From: Octopus sinensis
Taxonomy: Eukaryota
DNA length: 64,000 nucleotides
Assembly (NCBI RefSeq): GCF_006345805.1
Contig: NC_043010.1
Coordinates: forward strand, 37,634,001-37,698,000
Direction of reading: 5' to 3'
How positions within the stretch are numbered: position 1 is the first letter of the stretch; each line of letters opens with the position of its first letter. Both the position numbers and the translations under genes were made by a program. Under the pieces are notes generated by a model, which saw only the letters and a program-made list of their open reading frames with translations, was not told the DNA's origin and searched no databases. Positions 37,067-50,925 of the stretch are shown here, one piece after another.

Positions 37067-37632
37067 TTGGGTTGTCCGGAAAGTTCGTGCCGATTTATAG
37101 TAGCTTACCTTTCGACTTGTTTTAGAACATGGTTGAGGTCATAAAACAGGATTTGACTACACCTCCATTTAGAGCACAGTTTAAGCTATCTTTTCATGGA
37201 AGAAAGTTTATGTTCCTATAACCTGTGTTAATTCTGTAACCCTTTAAAATGGAAGATAAGAAAGTCCATTTTCGGCACTTGATGCTTTGGGAATCAGGCA
37301 AAAATTGCTGCAGCTTGGCTGGGATGCGTTACCTCACCCTCCATATTCACCAGATATTGCTCCTTTGGATTTCCACTTAATCAGGTCTCTGCAGAATAGT
37401 CTTAATGGTAAACATTTCAATTCCTTGGATGACGTGAAAAGATACCTTCATGAATTCTTTGCCATGAAAGGACCTCAATTCTGAGAAGAGGGTATTTTCA
37501 AGTTAAAGGAAAGATGGAGACGCATTGTGCAAGAAAATGGTTCAAATTTGGTTGATTAAAAATTTAATGGCAAGTATTTATTGACCTTTTTCTTTCGTTT
37601 AACAATCGGCACGAACTTTCCGGACAACCCAA
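37067..37632 (+). mobile_element. Mariner deletion derivative (~566 bp), copy 2
   Basis: Same TIRs and TA flanks; MEDKKVHFRHLMLW fused to LGWDALPHPPYSPDIAPLDFHL. Confidence 0.92.
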
Positions 37633-38495
37633 TAATTTCCAAGACTTAAACCACAAAAGAAAAATTTAATAGTATGATTTTGTGAGTTATTAAATGCGTC
37701 CTTGGTGATGTAGTGTGTGTATGTATGTATTTATGTCATTATTCAGTTTATTTCAAGATTTCTTGCCAATAGGGAAAGAGTCGGTTTCTAATCTCGATCC
37801 AAGGCTCCTTCATTGAAATGTCAACATCAACAGCAGGGTATTTTTGCTTGTGTGTATGAATGTATGTATGTATGTACAGATTTATATGTTTTATGTATGT
37901 ATTCTCATGCATATAATTGTATATCTAGATATGCTCATATATATTTAAATGATAAACGTCTGGAAAGTTGTACTTGTATGTATGTATGTATGTATGTACG
38001 TACGTACGTACGTGTGTGTGTGTGTGTTTTGAATAGGATTTGATGCAAATTTTGACAACCGATGTTGACTCTTTTTAACATTTCATGTGGATCATTCGAT
38101 CAAATCCTATTCAAAACATATACTACTCTGAGCCATGGACTCCCTATAAAAATAAGGCAAGCTTCAAACACTAGCCAGAAGCAAGACATCTGCGACATAA
38201 GCCACATCTTATACCTTTGGATAATGGAACAACAAATTAAACATCCAACATATATTCTAATTTCTATTCGTATATTTCCCTTTATACCTCCTGTATCTCT
38301 CCCTTTCCAAAATAACTTCTTATATTGAACTCTATCATTTTCTTCTATCTAACTCTCTCATATCGTCTCTGATAAGATGGGATGTTTTTATATCCACGAA
38401 ACAGCTGTAGGACTACCTATCTCTTTATAAAATGTCCGAGAAATTTCACACTGCTTTGGCTTAGTTGTTTCATTTTTTTAAAACATATGTATGAG

Positions 38496-38534
<39 letters not shown>

Positions 38535-38819
38535 ATGTATGTATGTATGTACGTATGTATGTATGTATGTATGAATGTATGTATGTATGTATGTATGTAT
38601 ATATAAATTTTCTTTCTCTCTTTCTTTCTCCTTCTGTTACTAGTTTCAGCTTGAGGCAGTATTTATTTTTGGTTTTCTTTATCGTTGCCTTTTTTCCAAC
38701 ACTCGACATAAACCCCACTGCCCACCTACTGTTTCTGAGCTTCGTATTCATAATATCATCCGTCTGTCGCTCATTTGGCAAATATATAAATAATCGTCAT
38801 TATTGTATTTTTCCAACAG

Positions 38820-39142
38820 CCTTGACACCAACTGAAGCGCCCGGAGGGAGTCTGGAAGTAAACGAAAATCACAAGAGCAACAGGAAGCATTTTAAATTCG
38901 ACGCCGACACTATATCCCCGGGCTATTACCCGAGCGAAAGAAGGAAAACCGTACAAGAGAGGAGAGGCAACGATCGAAAACAACAAACACACGAAGTAGA
39001 AGCTTCCGGTAACGTTCATCCACTTACAATGGAGAAGAGTGACACAACCACTGCCAGCCGTCAAGAAGGCAACAGCTCTCCAGCACTTTTGATCACGACG
39101 TTGTTGTTAGTTGTCGCCCTTGGAATACATATGCTTCTGTAA
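38820..39142 (+). CDS. Exon 4 (terminal): polar/basic stalk plus C-terminal hydrophobic GPI-like signal
   Basis: Acceptor ttgtatttttccaacAG, phase 1 continues the frame: (A)LTPTEAPGG...RQEGNSSPALLITTLLLVVALGIHMLL*; stop TAA ends at 39142. Confidence 0.8.
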
Positions 39143-39197
39143 CTGTATATATATATATATATATTAAAAAAAAAATGCAAATATAGTAAAAATATCA

Positions 39198-39211
39198 AAT
39201 AAAACAATAAA
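39198..39211 (+). promoter_or_regulatory. Possible poly(A) signals of the lectin gene
   Basis: Two AATAAA hexamers ~55-70 bp after the stop; A-rich context makes chance likely. Confidence 0.25.
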
Positions 39212-39294
39212 AAAGCAACAATAACTAAACAGAAACGAAATAAAACGAGGAAAAAAATATCTAATCATTTATCTATTCATCTTTTATCTTTGAC

Positions 39295-39614
39295 TTATTT
39301 CAGCCATTGGACTGCGGCCATGCTGGGTCACCGCCTTGAAGAAATCAATCTCAGTTCTTTCTCTTTTATTAAAGGCCTGGTACTTATTCTATCGGTCTCC
39401 TTTTTGACGAAGCGCTAATCATGGAGACGTAAACAATCCAACATCGGTTGTTAAGCGGTGGTGGTAGGACGAACACACACAAAAACACATATACATACAT
39501 ACATACATACACGAACACCTACCTACCTACCTACTACCTACCTACCTACCTACCTACCTACCTACCTACCTACCTACCTACCTACATACCTAACTACCTA
39601 CATACCTACCTACC

Positions 39615-39652
<38 letters not shown>

Positions 39653-39821
39653 CATATGACGGGTTTCTTTCAGTTTCCGTCTTCTAGATCCACTCACAGG
39701 GCTTTGGTCGACCAGAGGCTGAAGTAGAAGACACTTGCCCCGGGTACCACGCCGTGGAAGTGAACCCAGAACCATATGGTTGGGAAGCAAGCTTCTTAAT
39801 CACACAGCCATGCCTGTGCCT
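39295..39821 (-). mobile_element. SINE-A copy with (CTAC)n in the spacer
   Basis: Same modules. Confidence 0.85.
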
Positions 39822-40514
39822 GTTTCCACGCCTACTTCTACTGCAACGCCTTCGCTTGTTGCCACGGCTGCATTTGTAGCCATGCCCGCGTCTGTAGCCA
39901 CGCCCGCGTCTGTAGCCGCGCCTACTGTGTATTTTGTTGTAGAATTAACCGTGAAAGGATGTGCGTGGTCATTTCTCCTTGTGTACCTTAGAAGAGGCTA
40001 GTGTCTGATTTCAAATCATTTCCCTCTTTATGTTCATTTCAAATGGTGTCGTGTGACGAAGAGGAGCACACTGTAAGAGGAAATGAAAGGAACGAGAAAG
40101 CCAGAATCGAAAGCTCTCCGCCTTTCGTTAAAAGAACGAAAAAGAAAAAAATAATAGTCCTTTTGCAAAAGAAACACAACAGCCATCGTCACTCCTTTGC
40201 CAACAGCAGCAGTAGCAGCAGCAGCAGCAGCTGCTTGGAGGCAAACAAAGCTTCCAAGACTATAGTCACAACTAACCACCATGAATTATCTCCCTTAGCT
40301 CAATAACGTTTAGATCGCACGCGCGCGCACCCCCTACACGCAATAAGCATTTTCCTTTAATGACCCGTCAAACTTGGAGAATCCTGACACCCTTGAGATT
40401 GTCTTCCCTTTTCGTATGGAGTTTTCCCCAGTTACCATTTGGTTATTTGGCGAAGATAATTTTGATAAAGCAACAACTGTTAACCTGGCGAGTGTTAACA
40501 TACGTCAGTAATAA

Positions 40515-41487
40515 AGGCGGCGAGCTGGCACAAACGTTAGCACGCCGGGCGAAACGCTTAGCGGTATTTCGTCTGTCGTTACGTTGTGAGTTCAAATTCC
40601 GCCGAGGTCGACTTTGCCTTTTATCCTTTCGGGGTCGATTAAATAAGTACCAGTTACGCACTATGGTCGATATAATCGACTTAATCCGTTTGTCTGTCCT
40701 TGTTTGTCCTCTCTGTGTTTAGCCCCTTGTGGGTAGTAAGAAATAGGTATTTCGTCTGCTGTTACGTTCTGAGTTCAAATTCCGCCGAGGTCGACTTTGC
40801 CTTTCATCCTTTCGGGGTCGATTAAATAAGTACCAGTTACGCACTATGGTCGATATAATCGACTTAATCCGTTTGTCTGTCCTTGTTTGTCCTCTCTGTG
40901 TTTAGCCCCTTGTGGGTAGTAAAGAAATAGGTATTTCGTCTGCTGTTACGTTCTGAGTACAAATTCCGCCGAGGTCGACTTTGCCTTTCATCCATTCGGG
41001 GTCGATTAAATAAATACCAATTACGCACTGGGGTCGATATAATCGATTTAATCCGTTTGTCTGTCCTTGTTTGTCCTCTCTGTGTTTAGCCCCTTGTGGG
41101 TAGTAAAGAAATAGGTATTTCGTCTGCTGTTACGTTCTGAGTACAAATTCCGCCGAGGTCGACTTTGCCTTTTATCCTTCGGGGTCGATTAAATAAATAC
41201 CAATTACGCACTGGGGTCGATATAATCGACTTAATCCGTTTGTCTGTCCTTGTTTGTCCTCTCTGTGTTTAGCCCCTTGTGGGTAGTAAAGAAATAGGTA
41301 TTTCGTCTGCTGTTACGTTCTGAGTACAAATTCCGCCGAGGTCGACTTTGCCTTTTATCCTTTCGGGGTCGATTAAATAAGTACCAGTTACGCACTGGGG
41401 TCGATATAATCGATTTAATCCGTTTGTCTGTCCTTGTTTGTCCCCTCTGTGTGTAGCCCCTTGTGGGCAATAAAGAAATAAGAAACG
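40515..41487 (+). repeat. Tandem array: one SINE-B plus four head-less 183-184 bp copies
   Basis: Units start at 40563, 40746, 40930, 41114, 41297. Confidence 0.95.
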
Positions 41488-41504
41488 TTTGCACGATGGA
41501 ACAA

Positions 41505-42858
41505 CTTGAAAGAAGCTTGTCGTATATGTGTGTGTGTGTCTTTCTGCCTGTGTTTCTCCACCCCCACCATCGCTTGACAACCGATGTTGGTGTGTTTACG
41601 TCTCCGTAACTTAGCGGTTCGGCAAAAGAGACGAATAGAATAAATACTAGGCTTACAGAAAATTAGTCCTGGGGTCGATTTGTTCGACTAAAGGTGGTGT
41701 TCCAGCATGGCCGCAATAAAAAAACCGAAACGTGAAAAAAAGTAAATGTATACATATGTGCCCGCAGCCGGTGTTTTAGGCGATTGCAGCCCCTATCACC
41801 ATATACGTGTACATTTATGTGCTTTTAGCTCTTATTTCTAGCAATGGAAGTGCCTTGACATCTTTAATCACCTTCAGTAACGTTTATATTTTTTCTTTAT
41901 GCTATCGTTTTTGGCTAAAAGAGTGGCTGTATGGTAAGAGGCTTGTTTCCCAACCACATGGTTCCAGGTTCAGTCCCACTGCATGGCAACTTCGGCAAGT
42001 GTCTTCTACTATAGCCTTGGGCCGACCAAAGCCTTGAATGGATTTGGTAGACGGAAACTGAAAGAAACCCGTCGTGTGTGTGTGTATGTGTGTATGTGCG
42101 TGTGTGTGCTTGTGTGTGTGTGTGTTTGTGTATCTGTGATTGTACCCCCCCCACAATCGTTTGACAACCGATGTCGGTGTGTTTACGTCCCTGTAAACTA
42201 GCGGTTCGGCAAAAGAAGCCTATAGAATAAGTACTAGGCTTACAAAGAATAAGTCCTAGGGTCGATTTTTTCGACTGAAGGCAGTGCTCCAGCATGGCCG
42301 CTGTCAAATGACTAAAACAAGCAAAAGTAAGAGTAAAAGAATTCATACAAGTATGTATGCTGTGTGTATATATATATTATATATATATATATATATACAT
42401 ACATACTTGTGTGTGTGTATATATATGTAAATACTTTTACCATATATAATATATATAGTGGCTGCGTGGTAAGTAGCTTACTTACCAACCACATGGTTCC
42501 GGGTTCAGTCCCGCTGTTTAGCACCTTGGGCAAGTGTCTTCCGCTATAGCCTCGGGCCGACCAAAGCCCTGTGAGTGGATTTGGTAGATGGAAACTGAAA
42601 GAAGCCCGTCGTATATATGTATATATATGTGTGTGTATATGTTTGTGTGTCTGTGTTTGTCCCCCAACATCGCTTGACAACTGATGCTGGTGTGTTTACG
42701 TCCCCGTAACTTAGCGTTTCGGCAAAGGACGACCGATAGAATATGTACACTAGGCTTACAAAAAATAAGCCCTTGGGTCGATTTGATCGACTAAAAGGCG
42801 GTGCTTCAGCATGGTCACAGTCAAATGGCTGAAACAAGTAAAAGAGTAAAAGAATTAA
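41505..42858 (+). mobile_element. Cluster of SINE-A copies (~41505-41740 partial, 41920-42340, 42455-42858)
   Basis: Same modules. Confidence 0.85.
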
Positions 42859-42871
42859 AATATACACATAC

Positions 42872-42956
<85 letters not shown>

Positions 42957-43023
42957 TATATATATCTATTATATATATATGTATATATATATGTATATAT
43001 ATGTATATAATTATATATATATA

Positions 43024-43070
<47 letters not shown>

Positions 43071-43691
43071 TATATATATACCTATATATATAATATATCA
43101 TATATATATATATATATTATATATATCTATATATATATATATATATCTATATATATATATATATGGGAAACTAAGGCAGTGTGGCTGATATCGAATAACA
43201 TACAATCTAATTGCAATGCTGATAAATATAATTTCCATTTAAAACTTTGCATTTCCCACCCCTGTCTGAAAACCATTTGGCATTCACCAATCTCCCAAAG
43301 AGATTTTATTTGTTTTATTAATTTGAATGCGACCATGCTGGGGCACTACTTTAAAGGGTTTCGTTTAAGACTCCAGTACTTATTTTATTTTAAGCCTGGT
43401 ACTCATGCTTTTTGTGGGGACGTAAACAAAGGAAGATCGGTTGTCAAGTGGTGTTGGGGGACAAGCACAGTACTAATGCGCGTACAAGCGTACAAACACA
43501 CACACACACACGGACGCAGCACCAGTCTCTATAATTTCTTATGGGGGTGGGGGCCTAACACCATCAAAAGTACTGGAGAAAAAAAATCGCCAAACAAAAA
43601 TACAAATCCAACATTCAGAGAAATGAAACAAAGCTTTTCATTCTAAGGGAGAGAACTCTGACGGAAAGCACGTTCTCACCCGCACTTTTTA

Positions 43692-45008
43692 TGGGGTTGG
43701 CAACTAAGTTTTCACCGTTTGTATTTTTTTAAATTTAAAGTTTTTAAAAGGTTTAATAAAAAAAAAAAAAAAAAACAATTAATCAATCAATAATGTATTC
43801 ATCTTTGTTGTTTACAACTTCTTCCGAATGTTCAACAAGATTTTCAATATCTCGGTAGAAATCACCCGATTTCGACTCGAAAAATTGATCCAGCCAAGCT
43901 CTCAATTCTGCATCAATATTGAACGAAACTCTGCGCATAGCATTTGAAAAAGATCGAAAGAGGTGGAAATATGTTAGTGCCAAATCAGGTGAGTATGGCG
44001 GGTGTGGCAGCACTTCCCAGCCATGCATTTGAATGGCTTCCTTGGTCATACTGGTGATATGAGGGCGGGCATTGTCATGCAGCAGAATAACTCCATGCTG
44101 CCGATTAGGTCTTTTCTCTTGAATAGCCGTCTTGAGTCGTTCCATCTGTTGAACATAGAGTTCCGGGTTGACCGTTTGGTTCCGTTCAAGCAATTCGTAA
44201 TGGATAATCCATTCCCAGCCCCACCGTACACACAACATCGTTTTACGCGGAAGAAGATCTTGTTTCATGCGCGGTGTTGCTTATTTACCGGGGCTAAGCC
44301 ATTCCTTGCGCTGCTTCATATTGATGTACAGGCACCATTTTTCGTCACCAGTAACGGTTCGGTAAAGAAATCGTTGCTTGTGTCATGGGTTGAGCGGTGA
44401 CGAGCAAGCAAACCAGCGGAGATTGTGGCTCGTTGATTTTTGTTGTTGTTACTTAAAGCATGCGGAACCCATGCTCCATACTTCTGAGCTTTTCCCATCA
44501 AATGAAGATGCTTCTCTATAACAGTGTAGGAGCATTCCGTTTTCTCTGCCAGTTCCCTTGTCGGTTGACGAGAATTTTCGTGTAAAAGTTGATTTAATCG
44601 CTCTTCATCGAACTCAACTGGACGGCCGGAACGAGGTGCGTCTTTGAGGTCAAAATTTCCATTTTTGAATTTGGCATACCAATCCCGAGCGGTTCTTTCA
44701 GCTATGGCACCTTCTCCATACACAGCACAAATGTCGGAAGCAGCTTTTGCGGCTTTAGAACCTTGATTAAAAGCAAAAAGAAGGTGGTGTCGAAAATGCT
44801 CGTTTTTCTTAACTTGACATTCCATTTTAATGATATGAAAATATACAAAAATTAACTAAAATTAACTAGAAAAAAATAAACAACAAAATAGATTCCAAAA
44901 TGATTCAAAAATAGAATTCTCAGAAAAAAAAAAAAAGATTTCAAAATTTAAAAACGCAATAAATTCCAAAATTTAAAAAAATCGACGGGAACTTAGTTGT
45001 CAACCCAA
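43692..45008 (-). mobile_element. Full-length mariner (DD34D) element, inactivated
   Basis: TIRs tggggttggcaactaagtt / aacttagttgtcaacccaa with TA flanks; transposase 44825->43783 with WVPH, GDEKW, HDNARPH, YSPDL; frameshift near 44385; third catalytic D reads Y (LALTYFHLF). Confidence 0.95.
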
Positions 45009-45302
45009 TATATGATCTTCACTTTAGCATTATTCATCTTGTCTTTTTTTTTTCACAAAAACAAGATTGAATAAACAGGATAAGACCAGAGAGAAGAGGA
45101 GACATGAAGAACAGAAAATTATTGAAGAGGTCACAGAATATGTGACGAAAGAACTCTGACAAATAAACTAATAATAGCAATAAGATGAAGGATGTTCAAA
45201 ATGTCTCTCCGCAGTAAGTATTTTATTGCAAAATAAATATTTATAAGATGGTATAAGACTACAAAAGAATATATTAGACTTTACAAGACTTTGAAAAACT
45301 TT

Positions 45303-45428
45303 ATACGAGGTGTTGTTGAAAGAGTATGCATTATTAATTTCACTTTCAGTGAGTTGGCCTACAAATGGATAGACAATATTTGAGCAGTGAAAAAAAATTC
45401 ACTCCGGAGAGACTTTTTGAACACCCTA
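45303..45428. mobile_element. Small mariner-like MITE remnant
   Basis: tacgaggtgttgttgaaa ... actttttgaacaccct imperfect inverted ends. Confidence 0.35.
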
Positions 45429-45792
45429 TTGGCAACATGACTAAATCTCACTACTTTCGCAAAGGCATATGGATAAGAATAAAATATTTCGAATTAGAGG
45501 TTAGAATTGAATGATAAAAATACGATTAGGGCTAATCTTTGGTTTTAGATACGGAAATTATAATGCTTTCACCAACCATAACAATACAGAACAAAACGAA
45601 CGAAGCAAACAAAGCAAACTTTCGTTTGCTCTCCTTAAGAAGCCATATTAATAGAATTTAAGGAAATTTAATGAAGTGTAACATTTAATAATTAAATATA
45701 TCCCATGGTGATATATTTAATTCTTTCTTTCTTTCTATCTTTTTTCTTTCTTTCTTTCTTTCTTTCTTTGTGTCTCTCTGCTTATCAACTAA

Positions 45793-45861
<69 letters not shown>

Positions 45862-46699
45862 AGTGTTTGTGCTCTTTTTTTCCTCCACCAACGCATAGCA
45901 ACCGGTGTTTTTTTTTGTTTACGTCCTCCTAACCAAGTGGTTCGGCCTAGGAGACCAATACAATAAGAATCAGGTTTATAAGTAAATAACGGGATCTTCG
46001 AAGCAGTGCCCCAGCGTGGCCGCAGTCAAATGTATGAAACAAATAAAAGATATCAAACCAGCATAAAGTTTGACATGGGAGATAACTTATACATCTTTTA
46101 TGATAAATGAGCTATAATAGTAAAAAACAAAAGGTAAATTTTGTTAACTATGTTAAAATAAAGGCCTCAGTTTTGCGAGTTTTGTGATTGAGGTTATAAA
46201 ACTTGGTCAAAAGACTAATTTAAAAACTTGTACAAAATGGAAAAAATATAATTTTCATATCAGAAGATCGTTGAGAAATGAGTGGAGTATACTTCAGTTT
46301 CAATGAGAAGAAAATAAATAAAACAGGAACGAAGCAAAGTAATAAAAATTAGAATGGAAGTCCAGAAGATATTCGTTCAATATTTAAAAAAGAAATTTTC
46401 AAAAAATTAAAGCAATGAAATACATTAATTTAGTGTAGAAGACAAGAAAATGTAGGGCATAACGCGCTGGAAATTAGGGCAAAGCAAATGTATGGAGAGT
46501 GGATGTGTAATGGGAAGTAACTGGGAAAGAAATCGAGAGATTTAAGAGATTGTGTTGAAAAATATGTAAAAAGTCTAGAAAAATACACATAAAATTACTT
46601 ATGCATGTTTATATACAAACAGATATGTGTACATCTTCATTTGAATATAACCATATATCGATATATAATTACAAAAAAAAAAGTGTGTGTGGGGTTGTA

Positions 46700-47300
<601 letters not shown>

Positions 47301-47417
47301 GAAACACGTGGTGTGTAGTGTATCTGTCTGTCTCTCTCACATATAGGACATACATACGAATATATATATATATTATATATATATATATATATTATATATT
47401 TAGTATATATATTATTA

Positions 47418-47462
<45 letters not shown>

Positions 47463-47948
47463 GACGCCAATTTGCATGTGGGCGTTTGTGTTTGTGTGCT
47501 GTAAATGAACGTTTTATATAAAATCGACAAAAAAAAACAACAAAAACAAAAAAAAAAACAAAACCAAATTGCAGACTACGATAACAAGTATTCATCAATG
47601 AAACCAGTTACAAAAACCCCACCAAAGACCTTCAAATGACGTTCAAACTTTGACGTGACTCAGTTTCATAGGATCAGATTACTTAAAGATCTTTTAAATT
47701 TGAACGTAATGACTTTTCCATTGAATGATGAGGTAGCAGGGTGAAGGTGGGTTATAGCCATCGCTTACAATTGCTCTACATACATACATACGTACGTACA
47801 TACATACATACATACATACATACATACATACATACATACATACATACATACATACATACATACATACATTCATTCATACATACATACATACATACATACA
47901 TACATACATACATACATACATACATACATACATACATTCATACATACG

Positions 47949-47980
<32 letters not shown>

Positions 47981-48121
47981 CATACAAGTATATATGGGCA
48001 TGTATAGATATGCAGGTAAATGCATGAAAAGACATACATAAAACAAACATACAAATCTTCACATATACTCTATTGGCAAGAAATCTTGAAATAAAACTGA
48101 ATAATAACATACATATGTATT

Positions 48122-48179
<58 letters not shown>

Positions 48180-48219
48180 ATATACATATATTAGACATAT
48201 ATATATAATATATGTATAC

Positions 48220-48327
<108 letters not shown>

Positions 48328-48386
48328 TATATACATATATATATTATATATATATATATATAATATATATATATATATACACCATA

Positions 48387-48670
48387 TGTGGAGGCGCAAT
48401 GACCCAGTGGTTAAGGCAACGGACTCGCGGTCGTAGGATCGCGGTTTCGATTCCCAGACCGGGCGTTGTGAGTGTTTATTGAGCGAAAACACCTAAAAGC
48501 TCCACGAGGCTCCGGCAGGGGGTGGTGATCCCTGCTGTACTCTTTCACCACTCTTTCTCACACTCTTTCCTCTGTTGGCCTGCTCGCTTAGCCAGCGGGG
48601 TGGCGTCATTCGAACGCATTGTGACCAGCGATGTGTAACTACATCTGATGGACTGGTCGGTCACGTGATA
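48387..48670 (+). mobile_element. SINE-C with a second tail type
   Basis: Same tRNA-like head; tail ggcctgctcgcttagccagcggggtggcg...ggtcacgtgata. Confidence 0.85.
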
Positions 48671-49304
48671 TACACATATATACATATAGATGCATAATAC
48701 ATACATGCATATGTGATAATCACAATGTACGAACATGCACATGCAGACACATCTATACGCATATTTATGCACATGTGAACATTTCTCTTTCTCACTCTCT
48801 CTCTCCTCTCTCTCTCTCTCTCTTTCCCTCTCTCTATCTCTGTCCCTCTCTCCACACACACAAATTCAAATGTGAATTAAAGCAGCGCTTGTGTCGTAAA
48901 CACTACCGAACACATACTCAATGTAAGCCACAACCCCGTTCGCCGTCGGCTGAGAAGTAGCGTGGCGGAATTGACTCTCTTAAACCGCCGGGTGTTAAAA
49001 GTCATAGACAGGCGAGACAACTCATCCTACATCCCATTCAAGAGCGATGAACAGCGATGTTTGAATTTTTCTTCCTAAGTATACATCGTCGCGGCATACA
49101 AGCAGACGCTTCGTACTTTATTTTGCATATAGCCATGTAATGGTGATTCCGTTCACCTCCACTTCCGTTCACCCCCACTTCCGTTCACCTCCACTTCCGT
49201 TCAGTTACGTGGTGTTGATAAGCAACAAAAATGGTTAGTGTTAATATTTTTGTGATATATATTCTAACTTCTAAAAGTTATTTCACTGTTGCTTGCCGTG
49301 GAGA

Positions 49305-49500
49305 AAGCGGGAAAAGAAATGCTTAGCGGTATTTCGTCTGCCTTTACGTTCTAAGTTCAAATTCCGCCGAGCTCAACTTTGTCTTTCATCTTTTTCAGGG
49401 TCGATAAATTAAGTACCAGTTGCGTACTAGGGTCGATCTAATCGACTGGCCCCTCCCCCAAAATTTCGGGCCTTCTACCTAGTGTAGAAAATAATATACT
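49305..49500 (+). mobile_element. SINE-B, first tail type
   Basis: Same core; tail ccttctacctagtgtagaaaa. Confidence 0.8.
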
Positions 49501-49589
49501 TACGTCAATTGTCTCAAATATAAATTTGTTTCATCATCCTTATTTCCTTTCAACTAAAGTATTTGATTGTTGTGTACAATGCTTTGTAA

Positions 49590-50925
49590 AAGATATTGTT
49601 ACAGCAACGCTAAAGCAGATATCTTCACAAGGCGGCGAGCTAGCAGAAACGTTAGCACGTCGGGCGAAATGCTTAGCAGTATTTCGTCTGCCGTTACGTT
49701 GTGAGTTCAAATTCCGCCGAGGTCGACTTTACCTTTCATCCTTTCGGGTCGATAAATTAAGTACCAGTTACGCACTGGGGTCGATGTAATCGACTTAATA
49801 CCTATGTCTGTCCTTGTTTGTCCCCTCTATGTTTAGCTCCTTGTGGGTAATAAAGAAATAGATATCTTCACAAAAGTCAGCGATGTCATGGAAGACAAGG
49901 ACGTTCCCGAGGATACTTCCTTCGAAGATTTCCTGCAAAAGGCTGATGTCAACCCGCAAGAATACCAGGGTGTGGTGAAACTAGTGAAATCGAGGAAACA
50001 GGTGGTGTTGAAGCGTCAACCTTCAGAAAGGTGGATCAACCAGTATAATCCTGGCTCAAAACCTGGCGTGCCAACATGGGCCTGCAGTTCATCATGGACC
50101 CATACTCGTGCATGAAAAGTGAGAGGGCTTATGAGTGAACTGCTGAAAAAAGTAGCTGGAGAAAGCAGAGGCGAAGACTTGAAATCAAAACTGAGAAAAG
50201 TAGGATCAGCTTTTCTGAACAACAGGGAAGTTAGTGCTCAGGAGGTTGCCTACAGGATCCTCTCCCTGCCACTGAAGAGGGCCAGTCGAAAAGTGGTGTT
50301 TATCAACACTGCACCAAACGACAAACGCGTGTCCATGCTTAAGCTGCAGAAAATCTTCCAAGGTATGGACGAAGACAATGAAGATATCTTTTGTATGTCA
50401 CCTCTTGACCGTTATGCCATGCGATCTGATGTCCTCGTTGATATGTGCTTTGCAGAATTTGCAGCCACTTATACAATTGGAGGAAAAGATGCTCCTGATG
50501 ATGCAGCTGACCACATCCCTGGTGTTTTACACGGATGTGATGACATCGAAGGTGGTGTCAATAACTCAGATACCGAAGAAACTGCAGACAAACTCCCGAA
50601 AGTTATCACCCTAAAAAACAGCTTGGGTTGCATGAATAAACAAAAGACGAAGACAGGTAGTGTATAAAACAAACAGATGTATTAGTATAACGCTCAGGAA
50701 TAGAAAAAGTCTTTTACGTTTTCCACAAAGAAAAGAAGGAGAAGGCAGATACAGGAACCAGTTGATGCTTTACTATCCATGGCGAGACGAAGAGATTGAT
50801 TTGAAAGCCGACAATCCATCCTACCAAGAACACGACGAAAGCGTCGAAGCTACTGTCCATTCAAACGAAGCCATGTTAAGTATTAACGCTGCTGAATTGG
50901 ACAGAGCCTATGATGAGGAGAGAAG
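49590..50925 (+). mobile_element. Helitron2/Helentron RepHel fragment (pseudogene)
   Basis: ERWINQYNP, WRANMGLQFIMDPYSC, REVSAQEVAYRILSLPLKRASRKVVFINT, LMLYYPWRDE motifs across frameshifts. Confidence 0.85.
49631..49859 (+). mobile_element. SINE-B inserted in the Helentron ORF
   Basis: Perfect 14-bp TSD AGATATCTTCACAA (49617-49630 / 49860-49873). Confidence 0.95.

Noticed and set aside
38062-38328. Possible additional lectin-like exon (IRQAS...C...LWI)
   Set aside because: Lacks the GC..F motif, cysteine spacing and phase-1 splice sites
38495-38819. N-terminal half of the 215-aa ORF as coding sequence
   Set aside because: Microsatellite and intron; the real exon begins after the AG at 38819
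40563-41480. CRISPR-like array
   Set aside because: No unique spacers; units are SINE bodies in eukaryotic DNA
48387-48465. tRNA genes at SINE-C and SINE-A heads
   Set aside because: A/B-box-like motifs are present, but anticodon and acceptor stems do not pair and the heads run into SINE bodies
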